Shown here: positions 25,290 to 49,563 of the stretch, in pieces
Layout: every line of letters begins with the position of its first letter
Numbering within the stretch: the stretch's first letter is position 1
Source of the DNA: Macrostomum lignano
Lineage: Eukaryota
Reading direction: 5' to 3'
DNA length: 64,000 nucleotides
Assembly (NCBI GenBank): GCA_002269645.1
Contig: NIVC01000406.1
Coordinates: 30,052-94,051, forward strand
Notes under the pieces: generated by a model
The model's database searches: none
What the model was told of the DNA's origin: nothing
The model's input: the letters and a program-made list of their open reading frames with translations, nothing else
Position numbers and translations under genes: made by a program

Positions 25290-25880
25290 CCCAATACCTA
25301 CTTCACAAACCATCGACCCCACAACCCCTAACCCCACAAACCCAAACCTCCCAACCCCCAACCCCACAACCCCAAACCCTACAACCTCGCAACCCCTAAC
25401 CCCAGTTACCCCACAAACCCTCCAAACCCACAAACCCAAACCCCCAACCCCCAACCCCACAACCCCAAACCCTACAACCTCGCAACCCCTAACCCCAGTT
25501 ACCCCACAAACCCTCCAAACCCACAAACCCAAACCCCCAACCCTACAACCCCCAACCCCGCAAACCCTCCAAACCCACAACCCCCAACCCCACAAACCCT
25601 CCAAACCCACAACCCCCAACCCCACAAACCCTCCAAACCCACAAACCCTCCAAACCCACAACCCCCAACCCCACAAACCCTCCAAACCCACAACCCCCAA
25701 CCCCACAAACCCTCCAAACCCACAACCCCCAACCCCACAAACCCTCCAAACCCACAACCCCCAACCCCACAAACCCTCCAAACCCACAACCCCCAACCCC
25801 ACAAACCCTCCAAATCCACAACCCCCAACCCCACAAACCCTCCAAACCCACAACCTCCAACCCCACAAACCCAACCCCAC
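25290..25880. repeat. C/A-rich degenerate tandem repeat
   Basis: AACCCCACAAACCCTCCAAACCCACAACCCCC units, downstream of Aurora. Confidence 0.93.
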
Positions 25881-26651
25881 CACGTACCGCCGACCCCAGA
25901 AACCCAGCTGATTTTAGGTTACAATTTCTGAAGTACTTTTGCTGTTTAAACAAAATCCTCTTTCACAAACAAATTATTTTACGTCTCAGCTGATTGCGCA
26001 CCTTATTTATATCGTTGCAACAGGCATTTTAAAATAATTAATGCATTTTGCTAAACCACTGCATTGCAACTGATTTATTGTTTACTTTTATTCCAGTTTT
26101 CAGCTCAAATATTGTTTCATTGTGAAAAATTAAAGTGAAACAAAAATCAGCATTTCGCATGTAACAATGGTGCTTGATTACATTTGCTTTAATTTCTTGC
26201 TTTCTAATTTATACATTCAATACCCCTGAGAGTTCACTAATGTGCTTCTCCTTCTTTACCCTGACAAATATTTTCCCATCAAATGGAAAGTCAAATATCG
26301 TTAATTCAAAGCTATTCGATGGTGTGTTTTTTTAGAAAATAAAAGCTTAAAATAACAAAATAAACGAAATATTATTTTTTAAAGCCGACCGTCTCATTGC
26401 TGTTTGAAACTGGAAAACTCAAATCTTACTCTGGTTGATTATTTACTTCTGTGCCGCTCATTTTATACCGGTTAATTGTAGCACACAACTCTGCACTTCA
26501 CACACCTTAAATCACACGCACGAACTAACGCACCTGGGCTCACACACACACACACACACTCCTCAACTTACACACTCCCGGTCTCGCACCCAACGTACAC
26601 AAACCCCAAATCCCACAAACCCAAATAACACAAACTCAACTCACACAAACC

Positions 26652-26681
26652 CAGGGACTACTCAAGTTTGAGTAGTCCCTG
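26652..26681. mobile_element. 30-bp TIR-only hAT-like insertion
   Basis: CAGGGACTACTCAA-GT-TTGAGTAGTCCCTG (perfect 14-bp arms, CAGGG...CCCTG ends), flanked by CACAAACC on both sides (26644-26651 / 26682-26689). Confidence 0.6.
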
Positions 26682-27645
26682 CACAAACCCAAATCACACG
26701 AACCCAAATCACACAAACCCTAATCACACAAACCCTAATCACACGAACCCAAATCACACAAACCCTAATCACACAAACCCTAATCACACGAACCCAAATC
26801 ACACAAACCCTAATCACACAAACCCTAATCACACGAACCCAAATCACACAAACCCTAATCACACAAACCCTAATCACACGAACCCAAATCACACGAACCC
26901 AAATCACACGAACCCAAATCACACGAACCCAAATCACACAAACCCAAATCACACGAACCCAAATCACACAAACCCAAATCACACGAACCCAAATCACACG
27001 AACCCAAATCACACAAACCCAAATCACACGAACCCAAATCACACAAACCCAAATCACACGAACCCAAATCATACAAACCCAAATCACACAAACCCAAATC
27101 ACACGAACCCAAATCACACGAACCCAAATCACACGAACCCAAATCAAACAAACCCAAATCACACAAACCCAAATCACACAAACCCAAATCAAACAAACCC
27201 TAATCACACAAACCCAAATCACACGAACCCAAATCATACAAACCCAAATCACACGAACCCAAATCAAACAAGCCCCAATCACACGAACCCAAATCAAACA
27301 AACCCAAATCACACAAACCCAAATCACACAAACCCAAATCAAACAAACCCTAATCACACAAACCCAAATCACACGAACCCAAATCATACAAACCCAAATC
27401 ACACGAACCCAAATCAAACAAGCCCCAATCACACGAACCCAAATCAAACAAACCCTAATCACACAAACCCAAATCACACGAACCCAAATCAAACAAGCCC
27501 AAATCACACAAACCCAAATCAAACAAACCCTAATCACACAAACCCAAATCACACGAACCCTAATCAAACAAACCCAAATCACACGAACACATTCACACGA
27601 ACCCAAATCACACGAACACATTCACACAAACCCAAATCACACACC
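26682..27645. repeat. 15-bp minisatellite
   Basis: Unit AACCCAAATCACACA/G; explains the spurious TNPNH ORF. Confidence 0.97.
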
Positions 27646-27662
27646 AACTGACACTCAAACTG

Positions 27663-38590
<10,928 letters not shown>

Positions 38591-39559
38591 ATCTGTACCT
38601 AATGGACGTGTTTCGGTGCTTGGCTGTGTTGCCTAGCCTAATATACTCAGACAGAAGACTCCAGTCCATCCAAAATGCAATTTGCTCAACTCGAGACCAA
38701 AAGCAATTTTGCTCCGACATCGGGGGCAGGACTTAGCTTTATAGCGAGCAGATCGATGTTTTCTACTCTTCATCTCGATCGTTAATGACTGATCGCATTA
38801 CCATCTTACAAAGAGATTCTGACCAACATGGGGCCTGCCGGTTCAGCTGACGGTTCTCTAGGTCTCCATGCAACAGATAAATTCACTTCTAAAAGCAGAA
38901 GTTTCGGCTTCTTCTGTTGAACTAAATCTTCGACATTATCTTTAAACTCAATTTCCTATACCCATATGCAATTACAATTTGGAAGCTTGGCCTTGAGTAC
39001 AGAGAGCAGCTCAGTGGTGCGTGCGATTCACAACGAAGACGGCGAGGAGGGCCTGCGTGTCTTGTGTACAGTATGTGCTCAGAAGCGAGTCAGCCGAATG
39101 GGCAGAATTGCCTCAGGGATCACGTGTTGCGCAAGGGTGCCCCACAGCCCTCCAAATCTTCAAAGTCCATGTTAAGATCATTATTGTTTGTTTAACTACA
39201 GCTAAAAATTAGATATTCGCTATTCGAAAAGTTAAAACTTAAAAATCAGTCAAACTAAGAGAGTAAACACTTTAAATTTAACATTTCAATTAGCCATATT
39301 TATATGGACGTCCAAAACTTATTATTACTCTTAAATAACTTTAGTACTTAAAAAAACATATTATAGAACATCCAGCAGTTGTTTTGATTACGAACCGTGG
39401 CTCAGGCAGTAGAAAAAGACTCAAACAATGTCACCGAAAAGAGGTAATTTACTTTTTCACTCTTTTAAGTTGAGACAAAAATATTAATCGTTTAAACTAG
39501 AACAGAAAAAACTGAATGAAAAATACATTGAAAAATAGAGCTATTTATCGAAGCAACAG

Positions 39560-40500
39560 AAGCGATTTTGACGGGCGATTTTTTGGACATGATGATTTTT
39601 GATGGGCGATTTTTCTGAGCATGATTACTTTTAATGGGCGATTTTTCTGAACTTGATTTTTGATGGGCGATTTTTCTGAGCATGATTACTTTTGATGGGC
39701 GATTTTTCTGAACTTGATTTTTGATGGGCGATTTTTCTGAACTTGATGATTTTTGATGGGTGATTTTTCTGAACTTGATGATTTTTGATGGGCGATTTTT
39801 CTGAACTTGATTTTTGATGGGCGATTTTTCTGAACTTGATGATTTTTGATGGGTGATTTTTCTGAACTTGATGATTTTTGATGGGCGATTTTTCTGAACT
39901 TGATGATTTTTTATGGGCAATTTTTCTGAACTTGATGATTTTTGATGGGCGATTTTTCTGAACTTGATGATTTTTGATGGGCGATTTTTCTGAGCATGAT
40001 TACTTTTTGATGGGCGATTTTTCTGAACTTGATGATTTTTGATGGGCGATTTTTCTGAACTTGATGATTTTTGATGGGCGATTTTTCTGAACTTGATGAT
40101 TTTTGATGGGCGATTTTTCTGAACTTGATGATTTTTGATGGGCGATTTTTCTGAACTTGATGATTTTTGATGGGCGATTTTTCTGAACTTGATGATTTTT
40201 GATGGGCGATTTTTCTGAACTTGATAATTTTTGATGGGCGATTTTTCTGAACTTGATGATTTTTGATGGGCGATTTTTCTGAACTTGATAATTTTTTATG
40301 GGAGATTTTTGTGAGCATGATGATTTTTCACAGGTGATTTTCTCAGCATGATGATTTTTGACAGGCGATTTTCTCAACATGATGATTTTTGACAGGCGAT
40401 TTTCTCAACATGATGATTTTTGACAGGCGATTTTTTTGCATGAGCATGATGATTTTTGACAGGCGATTCTCTCAGCATGATGATTTTTGACAGGCGATTT
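39560..40500. repeat. 32-bp minisatellite
   Basis: Unit TTCTGAACTTGATGATTTTTGATGGGCGATTT. Confidence 0.95.
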
Positions 40501-40713
40501 TTGAGGTTTGACGTTTTTCGATGGAAAAATTTTCAAGGCCTTTTTTGTCAATTTTTTAATTTAACAAGAAAGTTTATCTTTGCTTAAGTAAAGGTTACTA
40601 AAAACTTCTTTCATGACTCAAAGCGTTAGTCGCCTAGTCGGGATGAAAAATAATAATAAATCAAGCTGAATTTAAACAACATGCCTAAACAGATCGGCCG
40701 TCTGATCGTTGAT

Positions 40714-43700
40714 TCATTCACCGCCTCCGCCAGCTGATGGCGAAGAGGCCCGAACCCATTTTGGGGCGGCGGCAGCAGCGGCAGACGAAGCCGACGCACC
40801 GGCACCGGCTACCCGCTGCTGGCTCCCGCCACCAGAAAACTTTTGCCGATTTCTTTCCATCCATCGAGCGGCTTTCTGCGACTTTTTCGACTCCGGATTC
40901 CTGGCCCGGGGGCCGCCGCCCTCTCCGCCGCCCCTGCCGCCGCCTCTTCGACCACCTCGCCGACCGCCTCGCCCACGATGACTGCCCCTGCCGGCGCCTC
41001 GACCCCGATCTGGGTAACTCCAAGAGAACTCGCTCTGCTGCCGCTGCTGGTCGGGCTTCGAGTCAGACGAGTCCCTGGACCCGAACCGGATGCCCTGTTT
41101 ATCAACCTCATCGACAATTCTGGGATCGAACAGGGCCGGCACTCGCCGGTCGCGCCAGTGCGGATGGCTGAGCAGCACCGTGTCGATGGGTCGCCAATCT
41201 GGCGGCGGCAGGGCCGAAGCCGACGGGGGGTTGGGCGGCATGGACAGCAGGTGCTCGCGGCAGGAGGCCTCGGACAGCATCAGGCGGCAAGCCGGGTCGC
41301 CAGGTGACCGGCGGAGCAGCAGGCGGACGCCGGCGGGGAAGCCGCCGACGGTGACTCGCAGCCGTTCGATGGCGTTGGCCAGCGTGTTGAAGGCCACCAG
41401 CCCGCCGGACAGCAGGCCGGAGCCGGCCGCCTCCTCTGCTAAATCGTCCGGCGATAGAAACTCGTACAGCAGAACTCGACCGTCGAATACGTTGCATCGA
41501 GTCCTTAGCAACGGGGTGTCGCCGCCGGTTGCTAGGCAAGCCAGCCAATCCCGACAGGATTGCAGCGGCGAAGGCGTCTCGCAGCCGAAGTAGGGCTGGC
41601 GCTCCAGCTGGACGCGCAGATGGCATGGGGTTGCTGATTGACAATATTTGGCGTGCCCACTAGCCGCCGATGGACGGGGAGCGAACCCGCGACCTACCGA
41701 ATCGAACAGTCGTTTAGCAGTCTGATGCGGCAGGATAAAGGGTCGGCGAGACCGAACTAGCAGTCGGTGGCGACCGATCTGCAATACGCTGTAGATCAGA
41801 GCTGGGCCGTTTGCTGCTGCTGTTACCGCTGCTGCGGTGGCAGTTGATGAAGTCTCAGCGCCAGCATCTTCGTCATTCGATGAATCAGTGGCGTTGCTGC
41901 ATTTAGAGAAACAGAGGTTTGTTACATATAAAATATATTATAAATGTTTGAAGTGAGGTGTCCTGATAGTGAAATTCTCGAACTTGCGACTGACTGAGAG
42001 TCTGGTTTGTGAATTGTATATGTTTTTTGAATTGTCTATGGTTTGTGAATTGTCTATGGTCTGTGAATTGTCGATGGTCTGTGAATTGTCTATGGTTTGT
42101 GAAGTGTCTATGGTCTGTGAAGTGTCTATGGTCTGTGAAGTGTCTATGGTTTGTGAAGTGTCTATGGTTTGTGAATTGTCTATGGTCTGTGCGAATTGTC
42201 TATGGTCTGTGAAGTGTCTATGGTCTGTGAATTGTCTATGGTCTGTGAATTGTCTATGGTTTGTGAAGTGTCTATGGTCTGTGAATTGTCTATGGTCTGT
42301 GAATTGTCTATGGTTTGTGAAGTGTCTATGGTCTGTGAATTGTCTATGGTCTGTGAAATTTCTATGGTTTGTGAATTGTATATGTTTTTTGAATTGTCTA
42401 TGGTCTGTGAATTGTCTATGGTTTGTAAAGTGTCTATGGTCTGTGAATTGTCTATGGTTTGTGAAGTGTCTATGGTCTGTGAATTGTCTATGGTCTGTGA
42501 ATTGTCCATGGTTTGTGAAGTGTCTATGGTCTGTGAATTGTCTATGGTTTGTGAAGTGTCTATGGTTTGTGAAGTGTCTATGGTCTGTGAATTGTCTATG
42601 GTCTGTGAATTGTCTATGGTTTGTGAAGTGTCTATGGTCTGTGAATTGTCTATGGTCTGTGAAATTTCTATGGTTTGTGAATTGTATATGTTTTTTGAAT
42701 TGTCTATGGTCTGTGAATTGTCTATGGTTTGTGTGAATTGTCTATGGTTTGTGAAGTGTCCAGTTTGTGAAGTGTCCAGATAGTGAAGTGTCCAGTTAGT
42801 GAAGTGTCCAGTTAGTGAAGTGTCCAGTTTGTGAAGTGTCCTGTTTGTGAAGTGTCCAGTATGTGAAGCGCTACCTACCCATCGCAGTCACCCACAGCGG
42901 TGCCAAAAGTTTCCAGCAGAGCCAGATTATCAGTGTCCTCAGCATCCGGACTGATTTTCTGCCTATTCTCCGCAGGCTGCTCCTGTTGCTGCTTCTTAAT
43001 CTGCTTTTGGCTTTTATTAGCTTTAGTAAACTTGAGCCTAGCCCTCATCTGAGCCAGCTTAGCCTGTATGTCAGCTGCAGACACCCCAGCGGCATTAAAG
43101 TGCGGCAGTGTGTTGTCAATGCAGAGCAGCCACTGCCCATTGCCAGCGTCAAATTTGTCATGCGGCTCCTCCATCAGGGCGGGCATCTCCCAGCCAGCCT
43201 CACAGACTCTATCAAGCAGCATGCGCTTCAGAGTGGCGCAGCTCAGCACCAGGTGACAATCATGCCGTCTGGCCAGCTTCTTAGCAAAATCGTCTTCACT
43301 GATAGGACACGGTTTCCAATGCAGCTGGTAGCCAGAGTTGTCAGCTGTCTGATTTGGGAAATTGTCAGCCAAATGTTCGATGCCAATAGTGATGCTGGGA
43401 CAGTTGGACTGGCTGATCTGATGAGGATTCAGCAGCATTCGATGGCCCTGCAAAAATGTAGACTTCGTTAGCTGTATGCGGCATTTTATATGGCTTGGCC
43501 AATGGCCAGAACCAACTGCAGAGGCTTTGCTGCCCATTCCGCCGACTCCCCTGAGCAGGCACACAAGCGCGCGGATATGTACGCAGTCATACGCACAGGC
43601 ACACACTCACACAGGAGTGTACAGCGGTCCTAACTTTATTTATCGTTAGGCATGTACACTTCACTGTGCCTTGGAGGTTGGCCCTCAAGGGCGTTGATTT

Positions 43701-46700
43701 AGAATCGAGTCTGTTTACTAACCGCAGCCGTATCTGCTTAACTTCTTAACAACAATAAAACTTACCCGTCGAGCCACCACTTGCTCAAGTTTAATATTCA
43801 ATTTCACGGCCTCATCGCTGGTGGTGGCCCAGCAGTCGATATCGCCGTTCTGTCTGGGCACCATGGACACACTGTCTAGGGTTCTGTAGTAGTCTGGATA
43901 GCGGCTTCTGCGGTGGCTGAGGGTGCGCTGCAGACACTGAAAGATTGAAGATGAGGTCAAGTTATGAACAACAAAATTAGGTTGGCACCCATCTGCACTC
44001 AGCAACAGCAAAACTACCCTTAACTGATGCTGACAGAATAAAAGCAGGGGCGCCAGCACCAGAGGCTTTAGCACCAGGGGCTTTAGCACCAGGGGCTTTA
44101 GCACCAGGGGCGCCAGCACCAGGGGCTTTAGCACCAGAGGCGCCAGCACCAGGGGCTTTAGCACCAGGGGCTTTAGCACCAGAGGCTTTAGCACCAGAGG
44201 CTTTAGCACCAGAGGCGCCAGCACCAGGGGCTTTAGCACCAGGGGCTTTAGCACCAGAGGCTTTAGCACCAGAGGCTTTAGCACCAGAGGCTTTAGCACC
44301 AGGTTCGCCAGGACCAGGGAAATTTCTTTAAATCTATTTAAGACAGACGACTTACATTAAAATAAGCCTTGTCCTCATCCGGCAGCACGCATGTTGTAAA
44401 ACTTGGAAAGTGCTTGTGAGCCTCTTCTGCGTACTTTTTAAACAGCGCTTGCTCTTTTCGCACTTTGGGCGACAGGAGCTGCAGTGTTTGAATGTGTGGG
44501 AGATTTTAATTATTTTCGGATTTCAAAGAATTGCCTGTTTCAATTATGTTTTGCAGAATCGTTGGTGGGCCTTTAAAGTAGTGGGCTGAATCTAAATGCT
44601 AAAAATACTGTATATAGAAGTAGAAAGGGGAAGCAGCTACAGAGGGGCGCCAGCTACAGAGAGGCGCCAGCTACAGAAGGGGTGCCAGCTACAGAAGGGG
44701 CGCCAGCTACAGAAGGGGCGCCAGCTACAGAAGGGGCGCCAGCTACAGAACGGAGGGGCGCCAGCTACAGAACGGAGGGGTGCCAGCTACAGAAGGGGTG
44801 CCAGCTACAGAAGGGGTGCCAGCTACAGAACGGAGGGGTGCCAGCTACAGAAGGGGTGCCAGCTACAGAAGGGGCGCCAGCTACAGAACGGAGGGGTGCC
44901 AGCTACAGAAGGGGCGCCAGCTACAGACGGGGCGCCAGCTACAGAAGGGGCGCCAGCTACAGAAGGGGTGCCAGCTACAGATGTGGGCGCCAGCTACAGA
45001 AGGGGCGCCAGCTACAGAACGGAGGGGTGCCAGCTACAGAAGGGGCGCCAGCTACAGAACGGAGGGGTGCCAGCTACAGAAGGGGCGCCAGCTACAGAGG
45101 GAGCGCCAGCTACAGAGGCGGCGCCAGCTACAGAGGCGGCGCCAGCTACAGAGGCGGCGCCAGCTACAGAAGGGGCGCCAGCTACAGAAGGGGCGCCAGC
45201 TACAGAACGGAGGGGTGCCAGCTACAGAACGGAGGGGTGCCAGCTACAGAAGGGGTGCCAGCTACAGAAGGGGCGCCAGCTACAGAACGGAGGGGTGCCA
45301 GCTACAGAAGGGGCGCCAGCTACAGACGGGGCGCCAGCTACAGAAGGGGCGCCAGCTACAGAAGGGGTGCCAGCTACAGATGTGGGCGCCAGCTACAGAA
45401 GGGGCGCCAGCTACAGAACGGAGGGGTGCCAGCTACAGAAGGGGCGCCAGCTACAGAACGGAGGGGTGCCAGCTACAGAAGGGGCGCCAGCTACAGAGGG
45501 AGCGCCAGCTACAGAGGCGGCGCCAGCTACAGAGGCGGCGCCAGCTACAGAGGCGGCGCCAGCTACAGAAGGGGCGCCAGCTACAGAAGGGGCGCCAGCT
45601 ACAGAACGGAGGGGTGCCAGCTACAGAAGGGGCGCCAGCTACAGAACGGAGGGGTGCCAGCTACAGAAGGGGCGCCAGCTACAGAGGGAGCGCCAGCTAC
45701 AGAGGCGGCGCCAGCTACAGAGGCGGCGCCAGCTACAGAGGCGGCGCCAGCTACAGAAGGGGCGCCAGCTACAGAAGGGGCGCCAGCTACAGAACGGAGG
45801 GGTGCCAGCTACAGAAGGGGCGCCAGCTACAGAACGGAGGGGTGCCAGCTACAGAAGGGGCGCCAGCTACAGAGGGAGCGCCAGCTACAGAGGCGGCGCC
45901 AGCTACAGAGGCGGTGCCAGCTACAGAAGGGGCGCCAGCTACAGAAGGGGCGCCAGCTACAGAAGGGGCGCCAGCTACAGAACGGAGGGGCGCCAGCTAC
46001 AGAACGGAGGGGCGCCAGCTACAGAAGGGGCGCCAGCTACAGACGGGGCGCCAGCTACAGAAGGGGCGCCAGCTACAGAAGGGGTGCCAGCTACAGATGT
46101 GGGCGCCAGCTACAGAAGGGGCGCCAGCTACAGAACGGAGGGGTGCCAGCTACAGAAGGGGCGCCAGCTACAGAGGGAGCGCCAGCTACAGAGGCGGCGC
46201 CAGCTACAGAGGCGGCGCCAGCTACAGAGGCGGCGCCAGCTACAGAAGGGGCGCCAGCTACAGAAGGGGCGCCAGCTACAGAACGGAGGGGTGCCAGCTA
46301 CAGAAGGGGCGCCAGCTACAGAACGGAGGGGTGCCAGCTACAGAAGGGGCGCCAGCTACAGAGGGAGCGCCAGCTACAGAGGCGGCGCCAGCTACAGAGG
46401 CGGCGCCAGCTACAGAGGCGGCGCCAGCTACAGAAGGGGCGCCAGCTACAGAAGGGGCGCCAGCTACAGAACGGAGGGGTGCCAGCTACAGAAGGGGCGC
46501 CAGCTACAGAACGGAGGGGTGCCAGCTACAGAAGGGGCGCCAGCTACAGAGGGAGCGCCAGCTACAGAGGCGGCGCCAGCTACAGAGGCGGTGCCAGCTA
46601 CAGAAGGGGCGCCAGCTACAGAAGGGGCGCCAGCTACAGAAGGGGCGCCAGCTACAGAACGGAGGGGCGCCAGCTACAGAACGGAGGGGCGCCAGCTACA

Positions 46701-49563
46701 GAACGGAGGGGCGCCAGCTACAGAAGGGGTGCCAGCTACAGACGGGGCGCCAGCTACAGAAGGGGCGCCAGCTACAGAGGGAGCGCCAGCTACAGAGGCG
46801 GCGCCAGCTACAGAGGCGGCGCCAGCTACAGAGGCGGCGCCAGCTACAGAAGGGGCGCCAGCTACAGAAGGGGCGCCAGCTACAGAACGGAGGGGTGCCA
46901 GCTACAGAAGGGGCGCCAGCTACAGAACGGAGGGGTGCCAGCTACAGAAGGGGCGCCAGCTACAGAGGGAGCGCCAGCTACAGAGGCGGCGCCAGCTACA
47001 GAGGCGGCGCCAGCTACAGAGGCGGCGCCAGCTACAGAAGGGGCGCCAGCTACAGAAGGGGCGCCAGCTACAGAACGGAGGGGTGCCAGCTACAGAAGGG
47101 GCGCCAGCTACAGAACGGAGGGGTGCCAGCTACAGAAGGGGCGCCAGCTACAGAGGGAGCGCCAGCTACAGAGGCGGCGCCAGCTACAGAGGCGGTGCCA
47201 GCTACAGAAGGGGCGCCAGCTACAGAAGGGGCGCCAGCTACAGAAGGGGCGCCAGCTACAGAACGGAGGGGCGCCAGCTACAGAACGGAGGGGCGCCAGC
47301 TACAGAACGGAGGGGTGCCAGCTACAGAAGGGGCGCCAGCTACAGACGGGGCGCCAGCTACAGAAGGGGCGCCAGCTACAGAAGGGGTGCCAGCTACAGA
47401 CGGGGCGCCAGCTACAGAAGGGGCGCCAGCTACAGAAGGGGTGCCAGCTACAGATGTGGGCGCCAGCTACAGAAGGGGCGCCAGCTACAGATGTGGGCGC
47501 CAGCTACAGAAGGGGCGCCAGCTACAGAAGGTATAGAGGGGCACTTAGTGAAAGATCGGCCATATCAACTGCTGTATCAATAATACACAATTTAAACTGA
47601 TCGCACACAATAAAAGTGCAAAAGCGCCACACTCACCCGATAAATTTCCAAATCTGCCTCGATAACATTTGGTCCAAGCGTGCGTTTTTCATTTATAGTG
47701 GCACTACTACTGGCCGCACCATCAGTAGCAGTGGTATGCGTAGTTTTGTCAGTCTCAGTTATCTCAGCAATAGCGATGGCATATCGCCAACGCATGGACA
47801 TCAGACGGCTGAATTGCTGACTCTCCGATAAAGTGAGGACAGATTTTTTAGGAAACGGATGCTGAAATTTGATGTTTCGCCGCTGGTACATTGCCTGCCT
47901 CTCGGTTGGAATCTCGGCTGCGGAAGTGGCACCGGAAGTGCCAGATTGAGAGCTAGCAGATGCTGCAGTCTGCGGAGTTCTAGAATTACAAATAATAATA
48001 ATTGATTACACCTGCCTATGTGCAACCGACAGCTCAGCCGCAGCTATTTCTGGACTTGTGAGGGAAGGGGGTCACCACACAGCCTCAATTACCCCAGCTA
48101 ACAGAGTATGATGATTTATGATGATTTATGATGGTTTATGATGGTTTATTATTATTTACGATGGTTTATGATAGTTTATGATGGTTTACGATGGTTTATG
48201 ATGGTTTACGATGGTTTTTGATAGTTTATGATGATTTATGATGGTTTACGATGGTTTATGATGGTTTACGATGGTTTATGATGGTTTACGATGGTTTATA
48301 ATGATGGTTTATGACGGTTTATGATGGTTTATGATGATTTACGATGGTTTACGATGGTTTATGATGGTTTACGATGGTTTATAATGGTTTATGACGGTTT
48401 ATGATGGTTTACGATGGTTTATGATGGTTTATGATGGTTTACGATGGTATGGTTTATGATGGTTCACGATGGTTTACGATGGTTTACGATGGTTTATGAT
48501 GGTTTATGAAGATTTACGATGGTTTATGATGGTTTTTGATAGTTTATGATGATTTCTGATGGTTTACGATGGTTTATGATGATTTATGATGGTTTATGGT
48601 GATTTATGATGGTTTATGATGGTCTATGATAGTTTACGATGGTTCACGATGATTTATGATGATTTATGATGGTTTATAATGGTTTTCGATGGTTTATGAT
48701 GGTTTACAATGGTTTACGATGGTTTACGATGGTTTACGATGGTTTATGATGGTTTATGAAGATTTACGATGGTTTATGATGGTTTTTGATAGTTTATGAT
48801 GATTTATGATTGTTTACGATGGTTTATGATGGTTTACGATGGTTTATGATGATTTATGATGATTTATGGTGATTTATGATGGTTTATGATGGTCTATGAT
48901 AGTTTACGATGGTTCACGATGATTTATGATGATTTATGATGGTTTACGATGGTTTATGATGGTTAATGGTGGTTTATGATGGTTTACGATGGTTTATGAT
49001 GGTTTATGGTGGTTTACGATGGTTTACGATGGTTTACGATGGTTTATGATGGTTTATCAAACTCACCCAGATGACTTTCGCTTTCTCGATTTTGGCAAGC
49101 AAGCACTCTGCTGAGAAGGCTTCGGAGGCGCAGACGACACAGCTGCTGGCAATTTAGAAATATTCGAAGGCTCGTCAGCAAGCAGTACAGTCTTTGTTGG
49201 CTTATTATTAGCCAATGTCTTTGTTATAGTTGTAGTATCATCACGCTTCGTCCTATTAAAAGATTTGCTAGCCTGCAAAGTCGGCCTAGTCTTTGTGCGG
49301 ACAAACTGACTGTCATCATCTGGTGAGCCTGCAGCGGGTTCAACAGGCTCGACTTTCAATTGCGGCTCAGAAGCTTTCGTGGACACCTCTTGCGACTTCT
49401 CAGCCTCTTTAGAGATACCTGCAGCTTCATCTGTGCCAGCCTCTTGCTTTACCTGAGCCGAAGTGCCAAACGTTTCTTCCAGATGTTTCCAATGACTTTC
49501 AAAGTCAAATGTTTGCATAAATCTGTCAAGCTCCTCATCAGCGCCCGTATCTTTGTTGGCCAT
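40714..49563 (-). CDS. ICE2: Little elongation complex subunit 2 (ICE2/NARG2)-like, 6 exons, ~961 aa
   Basis: Exons (minus) 49563-49067, 47979-47637, 44478-44356, 43936-43766, 43447-42879, 41896-40714; GT-AG, phases consistent, 2886 nt. Recalled ICE2-like motifs: PFPKKSVLTLSESQQF, ISEDDFAKKLARRHDCHLVLS...WEMP...LCIDNTLP, and LIYSVLQIGRHRLLVRS...QLERQPYFGCE (NARG2_C). Confidence 0.78.
42010..42860. repeat. 18-bp then 15-bp minisatellites, ICE2 intron 5
   Basis: GTGAATTGTCTATGGTCT units, then GTGAAGTGTCCAGTT units. Confidence 0.95.
44042..44310. repeat. 15-bp minisatellite, ICE2 intron 3; same family as 59660-60835, inverted
   Basis: AGCACCAGGGGCTTT / AGCACCAGGGGCGCC units. Confidence 0.95.
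44630..47530. repeat. 2.9-kb ~18/22-bp minisatellite with higher-order structure, ICE2 intron 2
   Basis: GCCAGCTACAGAAGGGGC plus variants (AACGGAGGGGT, GAGGCGGC); explains the three 900+-aa spurious ORFs. Confidence 0.97.
48018..48101 (-). mobile_element. SINE 3' fragment (copy B)
   Basis: ATGTGCAACCGACAGCTCAGCCGCAGCTA...CACACAGCCTCAATTACCCCAGCTAA matches 61322-61405 and the reverse complement of ~3105-3222. Confidence 0.7.
48105..49056. repeat. 10-bp minisatellite (ATGGTTTATG/ATGGTTTACG), ICE2 intron 1
   Basis: Directly visible. Confidence 0.97.

Noticed and set aside
26682-27645. Interstitial telomeric repeat (CCCTAA within some units)
   Set aside because: The unit is 15 bp and mostly AACCCAAATCACAC; there are no tandem TTAGGG runs.
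44596-47600. Three ORFs of 918-995 aa
   Set aside because: Translations of a stop-free minisatellite on the antisense strand of an ICE2 intron; no domain content.
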